This document shows, piece by piece, positions 36,294 through 43,864 of a stretch of DNA of 64,000 nucleotides. Under the pieces are notes generated by a model, which saw nothing but the letters and a program-made list of their open reading frames with translations, was not told the DNA's origin and made no database searches. The DNA lies in assembly GCA_964588985.1 (NCBI GenBank), contig CAZPQW010000005.1, forward strand, positions 64,001 through 128,000, given 5' to 3'. The DNA is from an uncultured Solirubrobacteraceae bacterium (GTDB taxonomy: Bacteria; Actinomycetota; Thermoleophilia; Solirubrobacterales; Solirubrobacteraceae). A program made the position numbers and the translations under genes. Position 1 is the first letter of the stretch, and every line of letters starts with the position of its first letter.

Positions 36294-38470
36294 AACGCTC
36301 CCGCGGCCGCCATGTGCGAGTGCGGCTCGCGCTCCACGACCCACGCGTCGGGGGAGTCGCTGCCGGTCACCGCTCGCGCGACCGCCGCCATCGGCGCGCG
36401 CGCCTTCAGCAGCAGCTCCTCGAACTCCTGCTCGGGGTCGGACTGGGTGACGATCGCGCCGCCAGCACCGATCGTCGTCAGGCCGGGGCGCATCACGATC
36501 GTGCGGATCACGATGCTCAGGTCGACGCTCCCGTCGAGCCCGAAGTAGCCGAGCCCGCCCGAGTACACGCCGCGGGCGACGCGCTCGATGTCGTCGATGA
36601 TCTCCATAGTGCGCAGCTTCGGCGCTCCGGTCATCGAGCCGCCGGGGAAGCACGCGCGCACGCAGTCCACCGGCGTGCGCCCCTCGGAGAGCACGCCGTT
36701 GATCGTGGACGTCATCTGGTGCACCGTGCGGTAGCGCTCGCCGGCCATGAACTCCGACACGCGCACGCTGTCCACCTCGCACACGCGGCCGAGGTCGTTG
36801 CGCAGCAGGTCCACGATCATGAGGTGCTCGGCGAACGTCTTTTCGTCGTTCATCAGCTCGGTGCGCAGCGCCTCGTCGACGACGGCGTCGCTCGCGCGCG
36901 GCGCGGTGCCCTTGATCGGACGCGCCTGCACGTTGCGGTCGCGGTCGACCGACAGGAAGCGCTCGGGCGAGGAGCTGACGACGGCCATCTCCCCGAGCTT
37001 GAGGTAGGCGGCGAACGGCGCGGCGTTGCTGCGACGCAGTCCGCAGTAGAGCTCGAGCGGGTCGGGGCTCGCGGCCGTGGAGATGTGGTCGGTGAGACAC
37101 ACCTCGTAGGACTCGCCCGCCGCGAGCGCCGCCTGACAGCGCGCGATGTCGGCGAGATACTGGCGGCGTCCGCGGCCGCAGTGGAACACGACGGGCGCGC
37201 CCGCATCGTCCCCGTCGGTGGCGCCGGACTCCGGCGTCGATCCGTCATCCTCCCGCTGCTGAGACGCCGAGGAGATCATCTCGCTCACGATCGCCTCGGT
37301 CTCCACGAGCCAGCGCTCCGCGTCGTGCCCGTCCTCCGCGCACAGCGCGAACAGGTGCGTGCGCCCGGCGACGTGATCCACCGCGATCACGCGATTGGCG
37401 AGCATCATCACCGCGTCCGGCATGTCCGAGCGGTGGACGTTGGGTGAGCCGCAGTCGGCCTTGCACTCGTAACCGAGATAGCCGACGAAACCGCCGAGCA
37501 AGCCGCGCGCCACACCCTCCGGCGGCTGCACAGCGCCGAGCGCGAGTTCGCGGTCGAGCACGTCGAAGATCGAGGCGTGCTCCACGACGCTCGTGCCGGC
37601 GCGATCGATCGTCACCGAGGCGGACTCCACGTCGTATTCGAGCACGCAGCGCTCCTCGCCCATCGTCGTGCCCATGTAGGAGCTGCGCGCGAGGCGCGTC
37701 GGCGCGTCGGCGCTGTCGAGCCAGAAGGCGTGATCGGCGTCGGCGAACAGGCGTCGGAAGACCGCCTCGGTCGGAGCCTCGCCCTCGATCGTGCGCACCT
37801 TCAGGCGCATCCGCGAGTCGCCCACGTGGCGAACGGTCGGCCGCGCGGAGGGCGTCACGAGCCGCCTCACTCCGGGCGAGCGAGTCGGCCTGTTCGCACG
37901 CGCCATCTTGTAGAAGTTCTCGATCAGCGCGGGGCCGTGCTCGGTCGAGATCGACTCGGGGTGGAACTGCACGCCCCAGATCGGCCGGTGGCGATGCTCG
38001 ATGCCCATCACCACGCCGTCCTCCGTCCATGCCGTCACGCGTCCCTCCGGTCCCATCTGGCCGGTTACCGCGAGCGAGTGGTAGCGCACGACCGAGAAGT
38101 CCTGGGGAATCCCCTCGAACAGGCCGCTGCCGAGATGGCGCACGTGACTCACGCGGCCGTGCATCGGCAGCGGCGCCGCCCCAACCTCACCGTTGAGCAG
38201 CCGGCCGAGCCCCTGATGGCCGAGGCAGATCCCGAGGATCGGCACGTCGCTGAAGCGCAGGATGTCCGAGCACACGCCGAAGTCGTGCCAGCGATCGGGG
38301 TGCCCTGGGCCGGGGGAGATGACGATCGCGTCGAAGTCCCAGCGCGACAGCGCTCCCCACGAGACGGTGTCGTTCTGGATCACGATCGGCTCCTCGCCCG
38401 ACACGGCGGCGAGGATGTGAAACACGTTGTACGTATAGGAGTCGTAGTTGTCCACCAGCAGCGTTGTCAT
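36290..38470 (-). CDS. pabAB: Fused PabA-PabB aminodeoxychorismate synthase (PapA/CmlB type)
   Basis: DNYDSYTYN, SPGPG, GICLGHQ, QFHPES; then SSPERF, PIKGT, EHLMIVDLLRNDL, FPGGSMTGAPK. Confidence 0.93.
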   Translation of the reverse strand: MTTLLVDNYDSYTYNVFHILAAVSGEEPIVIQNDTVSWGALSRWDFDAIVISPGPGHPDRWHDFGVCSDILRFSDVPILGICLGHQGLGRLLNGEVGAAPLPMHGRVSHVRHLGSGLFEGIPQDFSVVRYHSLAVTGQMGPEGRVTAWTEDGVVMGIEHRHRPIWGVQFHPESISTEHGPALIENFYKMARANRPTRSPGVRRLVTPSARPTVRHVGDSRMRLKVRTIEGEAPTEAVFRRLFADADHAFWLDSADAPTRLARSSYMGTTMGEERCVLEYDVESASVTIDRAGTSVVEHASIFDVLDRELALGAVQPPEGVARGLLGGFVGYLGYECKADCGSPNVHRSDMPDAVMMLANRVIAVDHVAGRTHLFALCAEDGHDAERWLVETEAIVSEMISSASQQREDDGSTPESGATDGDDAGAPVVFHCGRGRRQYLADIARCQAALAAGESYEVCLTDHISTAASPDPLELYCGLRRSNAAPFAAYLKLGEMAVVSSSPERFLSVDRDRNVQARPIKGTAPRASDAVVDEALRTELMNDEKTFAEHLMIVDLLRNDLGRVCEVDSVRVSEFMAGERYRTVHQMTSTINGVLSEGRTPVDCVRACFPGGSMTGAPKLRTMEIIDDIERVARGVYSGGLGYFGLDGSVDLSIVIRTIVMRPGLTTIGAGGAIVTQSDPEQEFEELLLKARAPMAAVARAVTGSDSPDAWVVEREPHSHMAAAGAL

Positions 38471-40140
38471 GAGACCTCCTCCAGGCCGATTCCGCGCGCG
38501 CCGCGGTCGAGCAGCGTGTGCACCACCTGCTCCACCGGAGCGCTGCGCTCCTCCTCCAGGTACCAGCGAGCGAAGTGCGTCACGTAGCGGGCGAGCGGGC
38601 CGGCGTCGAGGCGCTCGACCGCGAGGCGCAGATGGCGGCGGTGCAGTTCCGCCTGCACGACCGCGAAGCGGTAATCCGGTTCCTCCGCCGGCCGATCCGC
38701 CAGCTCGTGCCCGCGACCCTCGTGCGCGCGCGCCTGCACCAGCTCCCACCCCGGGCTTTCGCGTGTGTCCAGCAGCTTGCCGGGATGGAAGTCCACGCGC
38801 GGGGTCACCGGGCGCGGCACGAAGTAGCCCAACGCCACCTGACCCGCGATCCGCTCCGCCGAGCCGAGCCGGCGCACGACGTCCTGCCCGCGCGGGTCCT
38901 GCTCGATCTGCTCCTGCAGCCGCTCGATCAGGTCGTCGATCAGCAGCGCCCCCTCCTCGCTCGAGGCGACCGCGCGCTTCTGGTGGGAGACCATCCCGTG
39001 GAAGATGTCGCCGGTCGGATGCATGCCTTCGCCGCCGGTGCTCATCAGGCGCGCCATCAGCTGGCGTCTGCAGGTGACGTGTGCGACCCACTCCGCACCG
39101 CACACCTGTACCGAGGTCATGCCCTCCAGGCCCGGCGCCGCCATCCAGTACGCGAGCGCGCGCATGTGCTGGGTGGGCAGATCGTCGCCGCGCACGAGCG
39201 GGAATTCGTCGAAGTCCTCGCGCTCGGTTGGGTAGATCACCACGCCGTCCTCGCGCCGGCGCAGCAGCCCTTCGCGCAGGCCGCACGCGGTCAGCTCGGC
39301 CGCCTCGGAGAGGAAGTCCGACTCGAAGAACACGCGGTCGAAGGCGATTCCCAGCCGCTGCAGCGTCTTGCGCTGCCCCGCGATCACCCACGCGCGCGTC
39401 TTGTACCAGAGCTCCAGCGCCTCGCGGTCCCCGGAGAGCACTCGCCGCAGCAGCTGGTCGGCGTCGTCGTCGCGCATCGTCAGCTCGCGCGTGAGGGAGT
39501 CCTCGGGCTGCTCGGTGGAGCCACCGTTGAAGGATCGGCCCGCCGCGACGTACTCGGCGTAGCAGCAGCCCACGAAGTGGTCGCTCTTCTCGTTGCGGTC
39601 CGGCCACGCCTGCGCGTGGCGGCCGCTCTTCATCACCCCGGCCATCGCCTCGCCCATGCTGCGCCCGGCGTCTGAGATCAGCGCGCGGCGCTCGACCTGG
39701 CCGCCGGCCTGGGTCAGGGCCGCGGCGAGCGCGTTGCCGATCGCGAGGTTGCGCAGGTGCCCGACGTGCAGCGCCTTGGTCGCGTTGGCGTCCCAGAACT
39801 GCACCGAGAAGCGTCGCCCGCGCGCGAGGTCGGAGAGCCGCTCCTCGCCGCTGTCGCCTTCCCGCAGCGCGGTCCCCTGAGTTTCGATCCAGTCGTCTGA
39901 CAGCCGCAGCTCCACGCCCGCGTCGGTGCGCGTCGCGCGCTCTACCCACGGCTCGCGTTCGATCCGCTCGAGCGCGTCGAGCGATGCCGCGTCATCGCGC
40001 CAGACGGGTGAACGTGGGACGAGCTTGACGTCGAAGCGGGCGTTCGGACGCAGCGGCGTGCGGGCAGCCCACAGTCCGCCCGTCTCGCCCTGCTCGGGCA
40101 GTTCCTCGAAGTAGTCGAAAAGGTTGGTGGCCGTCAGCAT
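38467..40140 (-). CDS. Arginyl-tRNA synthetase paralogue with altered specificity residues
   Basis: NATKALHVGHLRN (HIGH), FDRVFFES, HGMV, shortened DALR-like domain; KMSKS loop degenerate, no C-terminal Met. Confidence 0.85.
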   Translation of the reverse strand: MLTATNLFDYFEELPEQGETGGLWAARTPLRPNARFDVKLVPRSPVWRDDAASLDALERIEREPWVERATRTDAGVELRLSDDWIETQGTALREGDSGEERLSDLARGRRFSVQFWDANATKALHVGHLRNLAIGNALAAALTQAGGQVERRALISDAGRSMGEAMAGVMKSGRHAQAWPDRNEKSDHFVGCCYAEYVAAGRSFNGGSTEQPEDSLTRELTMRDDDADQLLRRVLSGDREALELWYKTRAWVIAGQRKTLQRLGIAFDRVFFESDFLSEAAELTACGLREGLLRRREDGVVIYPTEREDFDEFPLVRGDDLPTQHMRALAYWMAAPGLEGMTSVQVCGAEWVAHVTCRRQLMARLMSTGGEGMHPTGDIFHGMVSHQKRAVASSEEGALLIDDLIERLQEQIEQDPRGQDVVRRLGSAERIAGQVALGYFVPRPVTPRVDFHPGKLLDTRESPGWELVQARAHEGRGHELADRPAEEPDYRFAVVQAELHRRHLRLAVERLDAGPLARYVTHFARWYLEEERSAPVEQVVHTLLDRGARGIGLEEVS

Positions 40141-40148
40141 CTTGGTGA

Positions 40149-40168
40149 GGTCGGCGGTGGAGCCGACC
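40149..40168 (-). other. 7-bp hairpin between tRNA 3' end and synthetase start
   Basis: GGTCGGC-tccacc-GCCGACC, no U-tract. Confidence 0.55.
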
Positions 40169-40170
40169 GA

Positions 40171-40243
40171 TGCACCAGCCGGGGCTCGAACCCGGATCGA
40201 CGGCGTTTAAGGCCGCTCCCTTAACCGATTAGGGCACTGGTGC
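40171..40243 (-). tRNA. Atypical tRNA, anticodon UAA, short (4-nt) variable loop
   Basis: GCACCAG-TG-CCCT-AATCGGTTA-AGGG-A-GCGGC-CTTAAAC-GCCGT-CGAT-CCGGG-TTCGAGC-CCCGG-CTGGTGC-A: all four stems pair; U8, A14, G18G19, U33, TTCGA present; CCA not encoded. Confidence 0.9.
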
Positions 40244-40245
40244 TC

Positions 40246-40295
40246 AAAACCCGACAGCAACCAGCCGAGCTTCCGGTTTGGTTTGCGTAGTCGGG
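40246..40295 (-). promoter_or_regulatory. Imperfect hairpin plus U-tract in tRNA leader (terminator/attenuator-like)
   Basis: CCCGAC..GCAAACCA..CCG/CGG..TGGTTGC..GTCGGG followed by TTTT, 2 nt before the tRNA. Confidence 0.45.
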
Positions 40296-40389
40296 CTGCG
40301 GGGAGCACCATAAGGCTCGTCGTGGAGAACCGCACACTTCGAAAAACACCGGTAGGACAAGCCTCCAATACACAGGCAGGAAGGCCATT

Positions 40390-41817
40390 TTGAGCATGCA
40401 CGAGGAGCAGCACATGTCTCTGTCTCTCCCCCCTGGCCCACGCATGCCGAGCGCGCTTCAGGCGCTCGGCTGGGCGCTGCGACCGCTGCCGTTCATGGAG
40501 CGCTGCAACAACCATTACGGTGAAATCTTCACCCTGCGCGTTCGTCGCGGTCGTCCCTGGGTTGTCCTCACGGATCCGGCGGATGTCAAGCTGCTGTTCA
40601 CGACCGACGCGAGCGCGGTGCGCGCGGGAGCGGTCGCGGCCAGCCCGGTACTCGAGCCGCTGCTGGGCTCACGGTCGGTGATGCTGCTCGACGAGCCCGA
40701 GCACATGACACACCGCAAGCTGATGCTGCCCGCGTTCCGCATCACGCGCATGAGCGCCTATGACAACCTGATCACCCGCGTGGCCCGTCGAGAGATCTCG
40801 AAGTGGCCGATCGGCGAGCCGTTCGCGCTGTGGCCGCGCATGCAGGCGATCACCACAGAGGTGATCCTCCGCGCCGTGTTCGGCCCTCTGGAGGAGCCCC
40901 GGTTGGAGCATCTGAGCGGCCTGCTGAGACAGATGACCGCGCAGCTGAACGATCCGCGCCGCCTGGCGATCCTGACCGCCGTGGGCCCGGGGCGACTCTC
41001 TCACAGCGAGCGACTTCGCTCGGTGATGCGCCCGGTGGAGAGCGCGGTGCTCGAGGAGGTGCGCCGACGGCGTGCTTCACCCAACGGCGCAGCCTCGCAG
41101 GACATCCTCGCGATGCTCGAGCGCGCACACGACCAGGGTGGCTCGCCGATGGACGAGAAGCAGGTGCGCGACGAAGTCCTCACACTGCTCTCCGACGGTC
41201 CGACCGCCACCTCGCTCGCGTGGGCATTCGAGTGCCTCATGCGCCATCCCGAGAAGCTCGCCCGACTGCGCAAGGAGGCCCTCGCGGGTCGCGAGTACAG
41301 CTATGCGGACGCGGTCGCCAAGGAGACGCTGCGCCTGTGCCCGGTGGTGCCCCTGGTGATGCGCGAGCTGACCCAGCCGATGCGCATCCGCGGCTACACG
41401 CTGCCCGCGGGAGTCATCGTCGCCGCGGGCGTTTACCTGATTCACCGTCGCGAGGACATCTATCCGCAATCGCGCACTTTCCTACCTGAGCGCTTCCTCG
41501 ACCAGAACGCCCCCACCTACGCGTGGATTCCCTTCGGCGGAGGAGTGAGACGCTGCCTCGCGGCCAACTTCGCCCAGCTCACGATCAGGCGAGTGATGCA
41601 GACCGTGCTCACCGAGGTGGACCTGCAGGCGGTCTCCACATCCGGATCCGAGCACGCGGCGAGAAGCTCAGTCGCGTTCGTCCCCAACGAGCAGGCGATG
41701 GCGATCGTCACTCGACGGATCGGATCTCCCACCGACGAGCGGCTCGAGGATCCGGTCGGCGACGAGACCGAGCGAGCCGAGGGTCGAGAATCCGGGGCCC
41801 TGGCCGAGGCCGGCTAG
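40390..41817 (+). CDS. Cytochrome P450 with non-canonical I-helix
   Basis: PPGP, KETLR (ExxR), PERF, PFGGGVRRCLA heme ligand; I-helix LLSDGPTATSLAW; start may be a later ATG (MSLSLPPGP). Confidence 0.9.
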   Translation: MSMHEEQHMSLSLPPGPRMPSALQALGWALRPLPFMERCNNHYGEIFTLRVRRGRPWVVLTDPADVKLLFTTDASAVRAGAVAASPVLEPLLGSRSVMLLDEPEHMTHRKLMLPAFRITRMSAYDNLITRVARREISKWPIGEPFALWPRMQAITTEVILRAVFGPLEEPRLEHLSGLLRQMTAQLNDPRRLAILTAVGPGRLSHSERLRSVMRPVESAVLEEVRRRRASPNGAASQDILAMLERAHDQGGSPMDEKQVRDEVLTLLSDGPTATSLAWAFECLMRHPEKLARLRKEALAGREYSYADAVAKETLRLCPVVPLVMRELTQPMRIRGYTLPAGVIVAAGVYLIHRREDIYPQSRTFLPERFLDQNAPTYAWIPFGGGVRRCLAANFAQLTIRRVMQTVLTEVDLQAVSTSGSEHAARSSVAFVPNEQAMAIVTRRIGSPTDERLEDPVGDETERAEGRESGALAEAG

Positions 41818-43014
41818 CCCGGGCACCTGCAGCAGCGGGCGCACGCCGCTGAGCTCCAGGAATCGAGCCATGTTCACTTCTTCGCGTTTGTCGCCTTCCC
41901 AAAGCGGCCCGGTCACCCGTTCGATCTCGCGCCGCGCCGGATCGGACAGCAGACTGCGCAGCTGCTCGAGCAGATCGAAGCCGGTCGAGTTGATCACGTA
42001 GTCGTGGCGCGCCGTCTCGGCGCCCGCGACCGACTCGTAGTTGACGCACACCCCCTCGCCGTTCGGAGCGGACGCGATGCGCTCGACGCGCCCGAGCACG
42101 AAGCGACAGCGCTCGTCCCACGCGAAGCGCGCGAGACGCTCCGGCCCGAATACTCCGCGATCGGTGTGATTGATGAAGTCGCGACGCGTATCGACGCTGA
42201 GCGTCTCCCAGGCGACATTGTCGGGATTGGAGAAGACGCGATTCTCCAAGAAGCTCTCCAGCCGACTCAGAGGCAGATTGGAGGTGTACACCGATATGTA
42301 CGCGTCGGGACGCAGGTTGCGCACGAATTCGATGCAGCTGAGCGCGCTCTCCCCGCCACCCACGATCGCGATGTCGGAGCTCTGCTCGACCGGCGCGTGC
42401 GCGATCGCGATGCGCCCGCTGTCGCAGTCGAGCACGCGCTGCGCGATCTGGGGATCATGGGGGATGCCGCGATTGACCCCGGGGCCGGTCAGCGCGAACG
42501 CCCCGCACGCGTACTGGGACGCGGCGGGCGCACCGGCGACGTCCACGATCCAGCGTTCGCCGTCGTCGCTCAGCGACAGTCGTGCGACACGCCCGTTGAC
42601 GAGCGTCACTCCCTCGGTGGCGCGAGTGAGCACCCACGCAAGGTATGCGCCGTATTCGCGGCGCTGCACGGACGGTTCGCCGGCGTCCACCCAGCGTGAG
42701 TAGTCGCCTTTCTCGATCAGGTAGCGATGCCAGGAGAACGCCATCGACGCGATGTCCACTTCCGCTCCGGCGGAGCCGAACGCGCATGCGCTCTGGTACG
42801 GGTAGCCGACGTCTTTGGAGGGGGTGATCGCGAGCACCTCCCTGCTCGTGGTGATGCCGTTTCCGTCGACCCACGCGGCCGCCGGCCCGGTCGCCTCGAC
42901 GAGCGTCATCCTGATCGGACCCAGGCCGAGACTGTTGAGCACGTGCACCTTCATCGCGATCGCGGTGCCCTTGGCTCCGGCGCCGACGACGAGCAGGTCG
43001 GTGTTGTTCACCAC
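41668..43014 (-). CDS. MbtG/NbtG-like flavin-dependent lysine N6-monooxygenase
   Basis: VVGAGAKG, KDVGYPY, VGGGES, ENRVFSNP, TDRGVF, GLGQGPGFSTLGSLGLVADRIL; GTG start behind GGAGG. Confidence 0.85.
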   Translation of the reverse strand: MVNNTDLLVVGAGAKGTAIAMKVHVLNSLGLGPIRMTLVEATGPAAAWVDGNGITTSREVLAITPSKDVGYPYQSACAFGSAGAEVDIASMAFSWHRYLIEKGDYSRWVDAGEPSVQRREYGAYLAWVLTRATEGVTLVNGRVARLSLSDDGERWIVDVAGAPAASQYACGAFALTGPGVNRGIPHDPQIAQRVLDCDSGRIAIAHAPVEQSSDIAIVGGGESALSCIEFVRNLRPDAYISVYTSNLPLSRLESFLENRVFSNPDNVAWETLSVDTRRDFINHTDRGVFGPERLARFAWDERCRFVLGRVERIASAPNGEGVCVNYESVAGAETARHDYVINSTGFDLLEQLRSLLSDPARREIERVTGPLWEGDKREEVNMARFLELSGVRPLLQVPGLAGLGQGPGFSTLGSLGLVADRILEPLVGGRSDPSSDDRHRLLVGDERD

Positions 43015-43093
43015 GTCGCAGATCCTCCGGTCGAAGCTTGTCGTGCTCTCGTGCAAACGGCACGCCGAGTTATAGGGAGAAGGGCGACGTGGC

Positions 43094-43672
43094 TCAATGT
43101 GAGACCGGAACGCTCCCCCCGCAGGTCGGGCAAACCACCGTGTTCGCGTCGGCATCCGGCGTGGACGGATCGCTCCCGTCGTTTCCATCACCGGCTTTGA
43201 GCGCACGGCGGCGGCCGCGCAGTTCCGCGCGGAGGTCCGCGACCGACAGTTTGTCGGCGCTCGCTCGCGCCAGCCAGTGGTCCTGGATCGCGACATCCAG
43301 CGCCGCGACCGTCGCGTGGTGACTCCAGGAGAGATTCTCCCTACGTCGGGAGATGTCGAAGCGCGACGCGACGTACACCATGTTCATCAGGGATTGGACG
43401 TCGTATCCGGTGAGCTTCACCGCTCTCGTGTAGCGCTCGCCGAAGCGCGCGTTGCCGTAGTTGATCCAGTCGCCCAGCCACCATTGGCTGCAGCGACCGA
43501 TCTCGCCGAAGCGACGCCCCAACGCCGACCACTCGGCCAGGCCGACCTCGCCGCCGGGAACCCAGCCCACCTGTGTCAGCTCTGGAGTAGTCCGCGCCGG
43601 CCTCACATGAGGTCGTTCACGCGCAGTCGCTTGCCCGGCACCGTCTGTCGTCTGTGACAAGGCGGAAGTCAC
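43094..43672 (-). CDS. LmbU family transcriptional regulator
   Basis: SQWWLGDWINYG, YVASRFDISRRRENLSWSHHATVA, QDHWLARA. Confidence 0.85.
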   Translation of the reverse strand: MTSALSQTTDGAGQATARERPHVRPARTTPELTQVGWVPGGEVGLAEWSALGRRFGEIGRCSQWWLGDWINYGNARFGERYTRAVKLTGYDVQSLMNMVYVASRFDISRRRENLSWSHHATVAALDVAIQDHWLARASADKLSVADLRAELRGRRRALKAGDGNDGSDPSTPDADANTVVCPTCGGSVPVSH

Positions 43673-43864
43673 TAAGGGGTCCCCCTCCTCGTTGGACCCC
43701 GAACTTCGCAGCGGCCGCGGGCTTTGTCAATCAGCCTCGCGAGCGACCTCGGACGAGCGTCACGCCGACGCCGTGTTTTCCCTACAAATCAAGGGAATTC
43801 GGCACATGAGAGGCAGGATGCAATCGGAGACATGGGTGCGGATGTGAAGAGAGAGACATTTGAG

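Noticed and set aside
36290-39949. 1219-aa ORF as a giant PabAB fusion
   Set aside because: The N-terminal ~490 aa is an Arg/Ala-rich alternative frame over the ArgRS paralogue; the real start is the ATG at 38470 behind GGAGG.
40205-40211. Reading the atypical tRNA as an ochre suppressor (anticodon UUA)
   Set aside because: With the 5-bp stem GCGGC/GCCGU the 7-nt loop is C-U-U-A-A-A-C, so positions 34-36 are UAA; UUA would need an out-of-register loop.
40207-40515. Short Cys-rich minus-strand ORFs as RiPP precursors
   Set aside because: They overlap the tRNA, its leader or the P450 start, lack SD sequences and have no leader/core pattern.
43673-43675. TTA codon in the lmbU-like gene (as in bldA-controlled Streptomyces lmbU)
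   Set aside because: The TTA lies immediately before the GTG start; no in-frame upstream ATG/GTG/TTG exists before a stop at 43727-43729.
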